NCBI GenBank assembly: GCA_963664225.1
Contig: OY760937.1
Location: 1,856,001-1,920,000 of the forward strand
Origin: Verrucomicrobiia bacterium
GTDB taxonomy: Bacteria; Verrucomicrobiota; Verrucomicrobiia; Limisphaerales; UBA1319
Direction of reading: 5' to 3'
Length of the DNA: 64,000 nucleotides
Shown here one piece after another: positions 1 to 9,386 of this stretch (its first letter is position 1; every line of letters begins with the position of its first letter). The notes beneath the pieces were generated by a model. The model was not told the DNA's origin. It did not search any database and saw only the letters and a program-made list of their open reading frames with translations. Made by a program: the position numbers and the translations under genes.

Positions 1-356
1 AGCAGCACCACCTTTTCAATGGGCAGATTCTCCGGAATCCCCGAACGGGCCGGTTTGCGATTTGTCGTGGCTTTGGAAGCCGGGGCGGATTGGACCGGGG
101 TGGCCGCAACCGGGGCGGAGGTTCCTGCCAGTCCGCTCAAGAGCAGAAGCAGTTGGTTGGGATCGAGGGTCTCGTTTTTGGGTGAACCAAAATACTGGCG
201 GATCAGGGCATCGATTTTCTGGCGCAGGAGCTTGTTCTCGCTGGACAGAGACTGCACCTGACTTTCGAGCTGACCAACGGCCTGGAGGACGACACCGCGG
301 AAGGACTCGGGCATCTGAGCCAGAAGTTCGGGAGTCAGTGACGGTGCTGGATTCAT
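1..356 (-). CDS. tnpC: IS66 transposase TnpC, N-terminal part (partial)
   Basis: Not in the ORF track. Manual translation from ATG 356 gives MNPAPSLTPELL...ENKLLRQKIDALIRQYFGSPKNETLDPNQLLL...RSGIPENLPIEKVVL, matching the IS66 leucine-zipper N-terminus. Open to position 1. Confidence 0.85.
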   Translation of the reverse strand, partial: MNPAPSLTPELLAQMPESFRGVVLQAVGQLESQVQSLSSENKLLRQKIDALIRQYFGSPKNETLDPNQLLLLLSGLAGTSAPVAATPVQSAPASKATTNRKPARSGIPENLPIEKVVL

Positions 357-422
357 TGTTATTACTCATAACAATATAAATTATTATGTCAATAGTTATA
401 CGCAATTTATTTTAAGAATCTT

Positions 423-758
423 TCAGTTTCGCCGCCAGTCTTTGCGTGCGCGGATCTCCAATCCGTTGACTAACGCGCTGAGTTCCTCGGCGCGCAAGTT
501 TGCCTGCAATCCCTCCCCTTGTGGCCAGGTAAATCGACCCCGCTCCAAACGTTTTGTGCTGACCCAAAGTCCGCTGCCGTCCCAGTAAAGGGCCTTGAGA
601 CGGTTCCGGTGTTTGTTGGTGAACAAAAAAAGATGGCCCGAGAGAGGATCCTGACGCAAGGACTCCTGGACCCAGGCACACAGCCCGTTAAAGGACTGGC
701 GCAAGTCCATCGGAGCCAGGGCAACGAAGATACGTGTGGCGGCAGTGGGCGTGATCAT
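423..758 (-). CDS. tnpB: IS66 accessory protein TnpB (Orf2)
   Basis: DLRQSFNGL...DPLSGHLFLFTNKHRNRLKALYWDGSGLWVSTKRLERGRFTWP signature; start re-placed at ATG 758. Confidence 0.95.
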   Translation of the reverse strand: MITPTAATRIFVALAPMDLRQSFNGLCAWVQESLRQDPLSGHLFLFTNKHRNRLKALYWDGSGLWVSTKRLERGRFTWPQGEGLQANLRAEELSALVNGLEIRARKDWRRN

Positions 759-1102
759 GAACGCGCCCCAAGCCAGGGTTGCAAAAGTCGGTCGGCCAGG
801 TCCCCAGTCAGGCGCACCGCGGTCCCGTCGGCAAAGGTGATTTCCGCAGCCCAAGGCGAATTTCCCAGCAGGGAAGCCAGAGGGACTTCCTGCAGGCGTG
901 GCAGTGCGGGTGGTTCCACGGCGGTGGGCACCGGGTCTCTGAGCCACCTCCCCAATGTGGACAATCCGATGCCATACTCAGAAGCAAAGGCGCGCCGCGT
1001 CAATCCACTCTGGTGATAGCGAAGGATCCATTGGGCACGTTGTTCACATGTGGTTTGCGGAAATCGATTTGAGGATGCAGTTCGGTGCTTCACGCCCCCC
1101 AT
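755..1102 (-). CDS. tnpA: IS66 accessory protein TnpA (HTH)
   Basis: QSGLTRRAFASEYGIGLSTLGRW helix-turn-helix and EITFADGTAVR tail; ATGA overlap with tnpB. Confidence 0.85.
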   Translation of the reverse strand: MGGVKHRTASSNRFPQTTCEQRAQWILRYHQSGLTRRAFASEYGIGLSTLGRWLRDPVPTAVEPPALPRLQEVPLASLLGNSPWAAEITFADGTAVRLTGDLADRLLQPWLGARS

Positions 1103-1153
1103 TTAACCACTTCAGCCCGGCCATTGCCTATAGCCACTTCGCCTGACGGATAC

Positions 1154-1303
1154 TTTGGTGTCGCGGGCGTCACCGGCCCGATTCTGGCGGGCATACTGCG
1201 CGAGAAGTTCGGTTCCTACTCCCACTCGTTCACCATTTGCGCCGCGATGCTCCTGGTGGCTGCTGTCCTGGCATACACCACGAAAGCGCCCAAGACGGAG
1301 TAG
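1154..1303 (+). pseudogene. 3' remnant of an MFS transporter (OFA-like) interrupted by IS66
   Basis: FGVAGVTGPILAGILREKFGSYSHSFTICAAMLLVAAVLAY resembles MFS TM11-12 and begins exactly at the IS end. Confidence 0.75.
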
Positions 1304-1353
1304 AGTCATACTGGCCTTGGAGCTTTTCCAAGGCCACAGTGGTTTGGTTGGTT

Positions 1354-4300
1354 CTATTTCGCCACGACTGTGGGAGATAAGACCAGGGCGATGTTATCTG
1401 CACAGGCGTCATCGTATTTGCCGTCGACGAGGTTGAATTGCAGGCGGACTTCCACGTTGCGTGTGCCCGCAGGCAAAATCCCACTGGCGGATTTGAGGAG
1501 GAACATCGTTTTATAATCCCGCTCCGCCAACAGCACTGGCCCGATCACCGCCTCGCCCAGAGACTTGCCGTCTGCGGCCAGAAACCGCGCATGCACCTCG
1601 GCATTGTCTTTTTGGCCACCCACACCGCCCAGAAATGCGGTGAGTTTGTAACGAACGAATTTGTTGTCGATGACCGATCCCACGTCCGAAACTGAGAGCG
1701 TCTGCGTTGCCGCTGAAACGGGACTATCCGGGCCGCCCACAAAGAACTGATTGCCGCGATTTAAAGGCCCGGGCGTATTGGTCGTGGGGAAACCGCCCGG
1801 TGTGCCATACTTGAGCACCGTCAACTGATTCGTCACAGTCCAACCGGGAATCTCCACGGTTCGGTAACTGCTGACCGAAGCAACGCCGGATTCGGCATCC
1901 CCGTTCTTAACGAGATTGGTCCCAAAGAGACTGTTCTTGAGGAGTGCCACCTCGAACGGAATGTTCGCCGCCGCCATGGCCACCGGCGCTTCCGGTTCGA
2001 CGACTGGTTTTTCCACTTTCGGTTCCACAACCGCCGAGGCAACAGAGGCCACCGCGGGTATTGTGGCACTGGCCATTCCCGCCGGAGGTGGAATCGGAAT
2101 CGTCTCAGGTTCGGAAGGTTTGGCGACCGGTTTTGCGGTTTCAACCTCCCGGGGTTTGCTCGCAGTGGCAAGGGTCGCAACCGGCTTATCGACCATTGGC
2201 TTATCGACCATTGGCTTGACCTCGGCGGGTTTGATGGCGGACGGCGGTGTCGAGGCCGGTTTGGTCTCGGTTTCGACCGGCTTGGTCGCAACCACCGGAG
2301 TGCTGGCTGGCGGCAGGTTCTCAGAAATCCGCGCCACGAACGCGTCATAGCCGCCGCCTTTGCCACGGGATTGGAAGGGATTCGCCACCGGGTAATTGCC
2401 CGATGCCGTCGCGCCGACGATAACCACACTGCCATCGCGATCCGCGGCAATTGCCGCCCCCTGATCATTGGCCCCGCCACCCAGGTAGCTGCTCCAGGCC
2501 AGACTGGCGCCATCGGAATTGATTTTCGCCACAAAGGCATCCCATGTGCCACCACCGAAGCCCGGTTGCATGGAATGCAGTTGAGGCAGATTGGTCGAAG
2601 TCGTCAGACCCACCAGGTGGATGTTTTTTGCAGCGTCGATGGCCAGGGCGCCCAATTCCTCACCCGAGCCGCCAAAGTAGGTGGAGAAAATTAACGCGCT
2701 TCCAGCCGGGTTGACCTTGGCCAGGAACACATCCCGCCGTCCGGCATTGGCGGCTTGCATCGGCTTGACGGTCGGAAAGTTTGTCGAAAAGGTGTCCCCG
2801 GCGACATAGGCGTTTCCTTCCGCATCGATGGCCAGGCTGCGGCCCACATCATCCCCGCTGCCGCCCAGGAACGTCGAATAGACCAGACTTGACCCCCCGG
2901 CATTGAACTTGCACAGGAACGCATCGTAACCGCCCGCAAAACGACTTTGAATCGGGGCGACGAGGGGAAAATCCGGCGAGGAAGTGTAACCGGTGAAAAA
3001 GAGTTCTCCTGCCGCATTGACGGCAATGCCGATGGTGCTGTCGTAAGGACCGCTGCCGCCCAGGTAGGTGGAATAAACAGGCACGCCCGCAGGCGTCAGT
3101 TTCAAGGCCACCGAATCAAAATTCCCACGGTTCGCAGCCTGGAACGGCTTGACCACCGGAAAATTGGTCGAAGAAGTATCCCCGCCCGCATAAACATTGC
3201 CTGCCGGGTCCACCGCCACACAGGTCAGGTCGTCACTTCCGCTGCCACCCGCATAGCTGGAAAACACCAGTGACGCGCCGTCCGGGCTGAGCTTTGTGAT
3301 AAAGCCATCGCGCTCTCCCCCGCCGTAATTGGCCTGAAAAGGACTTGAAATGGGATAATTGATGGAGAAAGTCTGGCCCACCACCACCGCGCAGCCATTG
3401 GTATCCACGGCCAAGTGAAATCCCCGGTCATTGTTATTACCCCCGAGGTAAGTTGAATAGATGAGGTTGCCACCGTTGGCGCTGAATTTGCTCACGAAAA
3501 CATCGCAACCACCTGAGTTTGACTTACGCTGTGTCCCGACGGCTGGAAAATCCGTGGAAGTCGTCTGTCCGGAAACATAGACACAACCCTGGGCGTCCAC
3601 GGCAACACCAAACGCCTGATCATCGCCCGTGCCGCCAAGGAAAGTCGAAAAGACGAGCACCGGATCAATTACAAGTTTTTGAGTGGCATCGTATCGCCCC
3701 AGATCCAAGCCCGCCCGCCAGACACCCGGATGGGTCTCGGACAATCGGAACCGAGCGGCAACCTCCAGAGTCCGGCCTTCAACCACCTGGCGGGCCACAG
3801 GCCGACGATGTGTCACCACACCTGCAGCCGTTTGAATCACCATGTCCCCCCGGGCATCGATCTTAACGTTTTTCGCGCCTTCAAACACCAGTTGAATCGC
3901 CGCCGGATTCGCACCGGGCGCCACTTCGAAATCATATTCCAGGGCCTCCTGCCGGCCGTAATACACAAGGTCAATCCCCGGATACACCTGGTCGCACCGC
4001 ACACGGGCGAAGGTTCCGATTCCCGCGCGCCACGCTTCCGGCTGGTTCCCAATGAAATAATTCACACGACCCGACGCAGGCTCCAGACCTTCGATGGCCG
4101 CCGCCGGATTCGCGCCCGCCAATTTCACGTCCAGCGCGCCGCCGCGAAATTGCATCCGCGATTCCGAAGGCCCCAGCAGCAGGCTTCCGGCTGGCCCCCG
4201 GTGTAGAAACGCATATCCAGCGGGCGCTTGTCCGCGGTTGGCCTCAAAACTCAATGGGGCGCGCAACAGCGCGGCCGACAGCGCGGGATCCGATGCAATT

Positions 4301-4434
4301 GCGGTTGATGCTGCTGGCGCCACGGCTGAAGGGGTTAGGGGCAGCGCGCTCAGGGTGGAAACCCCCGCAGCCATCCCCAGACAAAGAAACGCGCGAATCG
4401 TGCCTGTTAGAGTTTTGGAATAGGGTGTGTTCAT
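1354..4434 (-). CDS. Secreted SBBP beta-propeller repeat protein with Pro/Ala/Lys-rich linker and C-terminal beta-sandwich domain
   Basis: Signal peptide; LSFEANRGQ N-domain; repeated YSTYLGG..D.G..IAVD..G..YV.G.T.S.NFP units; C-terminal NLVKNGDAE domain. Start placed at ATG 4434. Confidence 0.85.
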   Translation of the reverse strand: MNTPYSKTLTGTIRAFLCLGMAAGVSTLSALPLTPSAVAPAASTAIASDPALSAALLRAPLSFEANRGQAPAGYAFLHRGPAGSLLLGPSESRMQFRGGALDVKLAGANPAAAIEGLEPASGRVNYFIGNQPEAWRAGIGTFARVRCDQVYPGIDLVYYGRQEALEYDFEVAPGANPAAIQLVFEGAKNVKIDARGDMVIQTAAGVVTHRRPVARQVVEGRTLEVAARFRLSETHPGVWRAGLDLGRYDATQKLVIDPVLVFSTFLGGTGDDQAFGVAVDAQGCVYVSGQTTSTDFPAVGTQRKSNSGGCDVFVSKFSANGGNLIYSTYLGGNNNDRGFHLAVDTNGCAVVVGQTFSINYPISSPFQANYGGGERDGFITKLSPDGASLVFSSYAGGSGSDDLTCVAVDPAGNVYAGGDTSSTNFPVVKPFQAANRGNFDSVALKLTPAGVPVYSTYLGGSGPYDSTIGIAVNAAGELFFTGYTSSPDFPLVAPIQSRFAGGYDAFLCKFNAGGSSLVYSTFLGGSGDDVGRSLAIDAEGNAYVAGDTFSTNFPTVKPMQAANAGRRDVFLAKVNPAGSALIFSTYFGGSGEELGALAIDAAKNIHLVGLTTSTNLPQLHSMQPGFGGGTWDAFVAKINSDGASLAWSSYLGGGANDQGAAIAADRDGSVVIVGATASGNYPVANPFQSRGKGGGYDAFVARISENLPPASTPVVATKPVETETKPASTPPSAIKPAEVKPMVDKPMVDKPVATLATASKPREVETAKPVAKPSEPETIPIPPPAGMASATIPAVASVASAVVEPKVEKPVVEPEAPVAMAAANIPFEVALLKNSLFGTNLVKNGDAESGVASVSSYRTVEIPGWTVTNQLTVLKYGTPGGFPTTNTPGPLNRGNQFFVGGPDSPVSAATQTLSVSDVGSVIDNKFVRYKLTAFLGGVGGQKDNAEVHARFLAADGKSLGEAVIGPVLLAERDYKTMFLLKSASGILPAGTRNVEVRLQFNLVDGKYDDACADNIALVLSPTVVAK
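2183..2217. repeat. 15-bp in-frame tandem repeat (GGCTTATCGACCATT x2.3) encoding KPMVD repeats
   Basis: Exact direct duplication read in the sequence. Confidence 0.9.
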
Positions 4435-4571
4435 GGTGTGATGCCCCCCAAGAGAGTGGAGGCGACGGAGGATTCTTGAATTCCGAGCCATGGCAGGCAT
4501 TGGAACAGCACATGACAGAAAAGACAATACTTTTGTCAATCCCTAATCGTCCGCTTCACTCGTCACCAAAC

Positions 4572-4606
4572 GAAAGCGGAGCGCCCGCCATCGCGAACGC
4601 TCCGCC
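4572..4606 (-). terminator. Probable intrinsic terminator after the AsmA gene
   Basis: GCGGAGCG...CGCTCCGC stem followed by TTTCGTTT on the minus strand. Confidence 0.55.
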
Positions 4607-4634
4607 TGCATGAATCGATTTGGACGAACCGGAT

Positions 4635-7600
4635 CTATTTGAAGAGGTTCTTCAAGGATTTGATGGCGTTGACGGGGTTATTGGTATCCGCCGCCGGGGC
4701 GTTGGTGCTCCCGGGAGCATTGGTTCCACGCCCGAGCAATCCACCAAGGATGTTCTGCACCGCATTGGTCGATTTCAGGCCGCCAACCAGGTTTGTTACC
4801 GTACCGAGGGTACTGCCCACCGTTCCCGCCACCGAAGACGGCAGTCCGGAAATGTTTTTGGCCAGAATTCCCGCAACCGCCAGCTTATCGATTTGCGCGT
4901 CGTATTTGCCGACGGTGCCACCAATTTTCACGAAAGGCGGCAATGCCACGAATGTGGCATTGGTGGGCGCGTCAGCCGGATAAAGATTGGATTTGCGGGC
5001 GATATTGCTGCTCAAGAGGAGGGTCACTGGCAGGTCCAGTGTGGAGTTGGTCAGCACAGAGGCCAAGGTCACCGTGCCGACGCTTTGGACCTGCAACGCC
5101 GTGCTTGTAAGCGCGAATTTCCGGACGTCCACCTTGCCCGCCCCGATCTGAGTTTGGGACTCAATACCTGTCACGGGTGAATCAAGAAGATCCGGCATTC
5201 GCAGCACGATCAGGACGCTCTTGAGCACCGTGTTCATCATGCCGGTGCTTTTGAGGGTGATGTTCGCGTTGGTCACCAACAGGGAAGTGGCGCCCGAGAG
5301 GTTCTTTTGCAAATTAGGTCCGGTAACCCCCGCACCTTTGATCTGGAATTTGGCCGTGACATCGCCCTTATATTGACCTGGCTGCCCTTTCATAAAGGAG
5401 TTGGCCAGGGGTTCGACCGGCATATTGTCAGCATTGAGGGACATATCGTAAACATAGCCCGGCACGCCAAGGTTCAACGCCACGGATGCATCCACCGGCG
5501 CGCCATTAAACGCCAACTGGAACGGCTTGATATCGACCTGATTTCCGTGGATTTTCACCGTGGTCACCAGATTGCTGATGACCGTTTCGCGCACGTACAA
5601 CTTTCCAATTTTCGCGTCCAAACTCATGTCAGCCACGGGCAGATTCATAGCTGCGGGTTCTTTTTCAGGTCCGGCCGCCGCAGGTGCCTGGGCAGGCGCG
5701 GGCGCGTTCGTTGAAGCGGCGCTGAATTGATCGTACCAGGGCGTCAAATCGAGCGCCTCGGAGGCGAGGGTAAACTGGCCGGAATAAGCGTTGGTCCTGG
5801 ACATGTCCATGCGGCCCTGCATTTGCACGCTATTGCTGGCGCGACTGGTTGGTTCCAAACTTACGAGCAGTTTTTTTAATTCGACGATGTTGGTGGCCAT
5901 GGACGCATCCAATTGGGCCGAGACGGCGAGCGGTTTGGTTTTCTCGGCACCTGTGCCGCCGCCCAACACCAGATTGGAAATTTTGACATCGCCCTGAACT
6001 GCGGATTGGGCCTTGGGATCATAGGTCAAAATAATTTTTGGCGAGCTGATCGCAATGGAGGTCAGAGTGCGCGGGGCCAGGGAGGCCGCCAGGAAGGGGC
6101 GCAGCGCGTTCTCGTTCATGTCCAGATTGGAAATGGTGATTTGAGCTGACTTTAACGATGAAGTATTCGTCGGCGCATTGGTGGCGGTATTGAGATCGAA
6201 ACTTCCGGAGAGGCTCATGCCGCCACCGGACTGATCGCCCTGGCGTGTGGCAAGAGTCAACCGGTTGACTCGGGCCTGATTTCCCTTGAGGTCCGCATCG
6301 AAATCCACAGCGACCTGATATTTATCCAGCGCGTAAGGCTCGTAGCGTCCTGTTAATTCGGACAGGGAGAACGATCCGGAATAGGTCTGACCACCGGATT
6401 TGCTGGTGAAGAGGCCATTGCCTTTGGCGGTGCCCTCGCTCAGCTTCAGACCCGCAACGGGATATTTCTTTAACAACTCGGCCAGTTTGCTTTCAAACGT
6501 GGCGCGCACGCTGTATTCGCCTGTTTTGATCTGGTAATTGATGGCGGCATCGACCATGGCCATCGGTTGGTCCGCCTCTGAAACCTCAACCTTGAATTTC
6601 TGTATCTCGGCCTTGTCCATGTCGCTCAGTTTTCCATTCACCTGCGCCTTGATAAGCCCCATCGACAGGGCGTTGGTTCCCATCCGCGCGGAGAATTGCC
6701 GCACTTGGGCCGTCATATCCATCGTCATCTGGCGTCCGTCCTGCTGGGAAAGAATCTGGCCGTTGGCTGAAACGATGCCTTTGGGCGCCATGTCTCCCGC
6801 CAGGAAACCCCAGTCGTTCAAATCGAGATTGGTCACCACAAGGCTGACCACCGATTCCTTGACGTTCGCGCTTTCATTGCCCCAGGAGAGCGAGAGCGGA
6901 CGATCCAATGCAAGTCGCAGCATGTCTCCGGCGGCAGCCTGCGTTTGCGAACGCCGGGCTGAAGCGTTCAATTGTTGAACGATGGCCTGCTGCTTGGAGA
7001 GATTGGCGTCCAACCGGTAATTCAAATCGAAATCCAGGAGAGGAGTCGCCTGCTTGTTCTGGATGATGCCGGCATTGGCGCCCGTCAGGCGACCGCTAAT
7101 GGCAAACACGTTGCCCTGCGAGGTGACATCCACGGTGTTGGTGGCGTTGACCACGGTGGTTCCGAAATCCCATCCGTGAGCGGCTCCGGCCAGATTGAGC
7201 ACCTGACGATCCAGGGCCAACAGGTCCACTTTCAACCGGCCTTCCTTTTTGGCCAGATCCATCGGACCGCTGATTTTTAACTGACCCAGTTTGACATCCC
7301 CTCGCTTGAATTGCAGCGCCAGTTGTTGAATTTCGGCGGGCGTGACCTGGCAATCCAAAACAGCGCCCAGATTCGCGGCCTCCTTGAACGCTCCATGGCC
7401 CTGTTCCACCTGTAATTGGGTAAGGCCGCTGATGGTCTCCGGCAGCAAATCCGCCGCCAGTTTGAAGTTATACGAGCCGTTGATTTTCGCCTGCAATCCA
7501 TCGTTCTCGACTGCGGGCTTGCCTGCGACGGGGGCGTGTTGCACTTCCACTTTCAGCCCCGCCGCCACGGTGAATTTCCCCGACTGGTTGTTTGCGGCCT

Positions 7601-8168
7601 GATCGATGCCGACATTCAAATCGGAAACATCGATCGTTTGTTTGTCGCCGTTTTTGGCCACACTGACCTGGCGCACAGATCCCTGCGTCAACGCCACATT
7701 CTTTAATGACACCTGCATGGGCGCCGCAGGTTTGGCGGGCGCGGCAGGCGTGGCGCTCTTCTTGAGCAGCGGATCGAGATTGCTGGTGCCGTCGGCGTTT
7801 TGCACCAACACGACTTTGGGGGTGGTGAGGCGCAGTTCATCGACCACATAGTTGCCCTTGAGAATCGACATCAGGCTGTAGCGCACGCGCAATTCCTCGG
7901 CCTCCAGCAGGGGTTCCGTGCCGGTGGTTTTGACTTTCACACCGCGAACCACGACCTGCGAGAACGGGCTCAGGGAGATGGTGTCGGCCTCGATGGTGGC
8001 GTTCATCGCCGCGCCGACCTTGGGCAGAACCACCGCCTTGATGAAGCCTGAGCTGGTGACGACGAAGAAAGCCACGACCAGGAGCACCACGAGGATGCCC
8101 AGAACCCAGACCAGTTTGCGCAGCAGGGAAGACGGCGCCCTGCCAGGAGTATTAGTTGTCTCTGACAT
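4635..8168 (-). CDS. AsmA family protein
   Basis: N-terminal TM anchor, NADGTSNLDPLL AsmA motif, long beta-rich body, C-terminal AsmA-like region. Confidence 0.85.
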   Translation of the reverse strand: MSETTNTPGRAPSSLLRKLVWVLGILVVLLVVAFFVVTSSGFIKAVVLPKVGAAMNATIEADTISLSPFSQVVVRGVKVKTTGTEPLLEAEELRVRYSLMSILKGNYVVDELRLTTPKVVLVQNADGTSNLDPLLKKSATPAAPAKPAAPMQVSLKNVALTQGSVRQVSVAKNGDKQTIDVSDLNVGIDQAANNQSGKFTVAAGLKVEVQHAPVAGKPAVENDGLQAKINGSYNFKLAADLLPETISGLTQLQVEQGHGAFKEAANLGAVLDCQVTPAEIQQLALQFKRGDVKLGQLKISGPMDLAKKEGRLKVDLLALDRQVLNLAGAAHGWDFGTTVVNATNTVDVTSQGNVFAISGRLTGANAGIIQNKQATPLLDFDLNYRLDANLSKQQAIVQQLNASARRSQTQAAAGDMLRLALDRPLSLSWGNESANVKESVVSLVVTNLDLNDWGFLAGDMAPKGIVSANGQILSQQDGRQMTMDMTAQVRQFSARMGTNALSMGLIKAQVNGKLSDMDKAEIQKFKVEVSEADQPMAMVDAAINYQIKTGEYSVRATFESKLAELLKKYPVAGLKLSEGTAKGNGLFTSKSGGQTYSGSFSLSELTGRYEPYALDKYQVAVDFDADLKGNQARVNRLTLATRQGDQSGGGMSLSGSFDLNTATNAPTNTSSLKSAQITISNLDMNENALRPFLAASLAPRTLTSIAISSPKIILTYDPKAQSAVQGDVKISNLVLGGGTGAEKTKPLAVSAQLDASMATNIVELKKLLVSLEPTSRASNSVQMQGRMDMSRTNAYSGQFTLASEALDLTPWYDQFSAASTNAPAPAQAPAAAGPEKEPAAMNLPVADMSLDAKIGKLYVRETVISNLVTTVKIHGNQVDIKPFQLAFNGAPVDASVALNLGVPGYVYDMSLNADNMPVEPLANSFMKGQPGQYKGDVTAKFQIKGAGVTGPNLQKNLSGATSLLVTNANITLKSTGMMNTVLKSVLIVLRMPDLLDSPVTGIESQTQIGAGKVDVRKFALTSTALQVQSVGTVTLASVLTNSTLDLPVTLLLSSNIARKSNLYPADAPTNATFVALPPFVKIGGTVGKYDAQIDKLAVAGILAKNISGLPSSVAGTVGSTLGTVTNLVGGLKSTNAVQNILGGLLGRGTNAPGSTNAPAADTNNPVNAIKSLKNLFK

Positions 8169-8202
8169 AACGATTTATTAAGTGAATTGTTTTCGAAAAG
8201 AT

Positions 8203-9132
8203 TCAGCGCCCTTCAATGATGCGAATATAATCCTCAATTCCCCGGGCGGGCGGAAATTGCGGTTGGAAATTAAGATCCTGCCGGGCGAGAGTCATGTCCG
8301 CCTCGGTGTGTCGTTGATAGAAGCTGGAGTAGGGATTCTCGATGTAGTCGGGCGCCAAACGCGTTCCAAGACACTGATTAATCACCTCGATTGTCTCGTT
8401 GAACGACACCGGGCAGCCTGAACCGCAGTTGTAAATCCCGCTGTGGCGCGCGTTCAATGCCTGCAAATTCATCGCCACCACGTCTTTGACATACACGAAA
8501 TCGCGCTTTTGCTCGCCGGAGGCGAACACACGGGGGCGTTTTCCAGACTTCATCTGCGTGTAGAGCTGGTAAACCATGCTCGCGGCCGCTTTTTTATGGA
8601 TTTCCCGGGGGCCATAGACGTTGAAATACCGCAGGCCCACAATGCGCCAGGACGGGGTTCGCCGCGCATAGGTGCGCGCCAAATTGTCGAGCTGGACTTT
8701 GGAAAAAGCGTAAATGTTTGCGGGCGCGGGTGTTTGCGACTCCAGCATTTGGCCCTCGCCGCCCATGCCATAGGTGGCGGCCGAAGACGCGTAGATCACG
8801 GGCGTCTGGTTTGGCGCGGCGAAATCAAGCAGGCGACGAAATCCCTCGATATTGTCGTGCGCCTGCAAAAGCTGATCATGCACGGTTGTGTCGGTGATGG
8901 AGGCCTCGTGATAGATCACGTCAAAACTCACATCCTTGAACTGGGCGTTCCAGTCCAGACGCGAAACATCCGCGGCCACAAAGTCGCCGTGAAAACCCTG
9001 CAAATTTTTAAACAGGCCGGATCGAAAGTCGTCCACCACCACAATGGAAGCGTCAGGAAACTGCTCCTGCAACGCCAGTGTGAGATTGGACCCAATGAAA
9101 CCCGCGCCACCCGTCACCAATATACTCCGCAT
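8203..9132 (-). CDS. hldD: ADP-L-glycero-D-manno-heptose 6-epimerase
   Basis: ILVTGGAGFIGSNL, YASSAATYG, YAFSK, LRYFNVYGPRE.HK, RDFVYVKD, YQRHTEAD motifs. Confidence 0.9.
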   Translation of the reverse strand: MRSILVTGGAGFIGSNLTLALQEQFPDASIVVVDDFRSGLFKNLQGFHGDFVAADVSRLDWNAQFKDVSFDVIYHEASITDTTVHDQLLQAHDNIEGFRRLLDFAAPNQTPVIYASSAATYGMGGEGQMLESQTPAPANIYAFSKVQLDNLARTYARRTPSWRIVGLRYFNVYGPREIHKKAAASMVYQLYTQMKSGKRPRVFASGEQKRDFVYVKDVVAMNLQALNARHSGIYNCGSGCPVSFNETIEVINQCLGTRLAPDYIENPYSSFYQRHTEADMTLARQDLNFQPQFPPARGIEDYIRIIEGR

Positions 9133-9386
9133 ACTTTAACTTTAATCCCGAGCCTGCCGCGCCGTCAATGGGGATGCGGAGGGGGGGAAATATGGCGGAC
9201 ATCGCCCTCGGATCGCCCTGCGGCGGAATGGGACCGTCCGTGCAACCCAGAATGACCGGAAACGCTCCTACTGGTGCATCGCTCAAAAACACACCCTCAG
9301 GACCGTCCCCATATGCCAAAGGCCACTTTCATGGCCTGGCATACGGAGACGCAGGACTGGCGCAAGGACATGGGCCAGACCAATTC

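Larger units (their letters stand above)
1..1153 (-). mobile_element. IS66-family insertion sequence, left part (tnpA-tnpB-5' tnpC); runs off the window start
   Basis: Three minus-strand ORFs in canonical IS66 order. The minus strand starting at 1153 reads GTATCCGTCAGGCGAAG, resembling IS66 terminal inverted repeats. A host gene remnant resumes at 1154. Confidence 0.9.

Noticed and set aside
16..405. 129-aa minus-strand ORF in the track
   Set aside because: Wrong frame; the IS66 TnpC-like frame starts at 356 and runs off the window.
1085..1303. 72-aa ORF as an intact small gene
   Set aside because: It is a chimera of IS66 end sequence and the MFS remnant.
9304..9351. Long imperfect hairpin as an ncRNA
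   Set aside because: Single stem just downstream of a gene; more simply a terminator or stabiliser; no family recognised.
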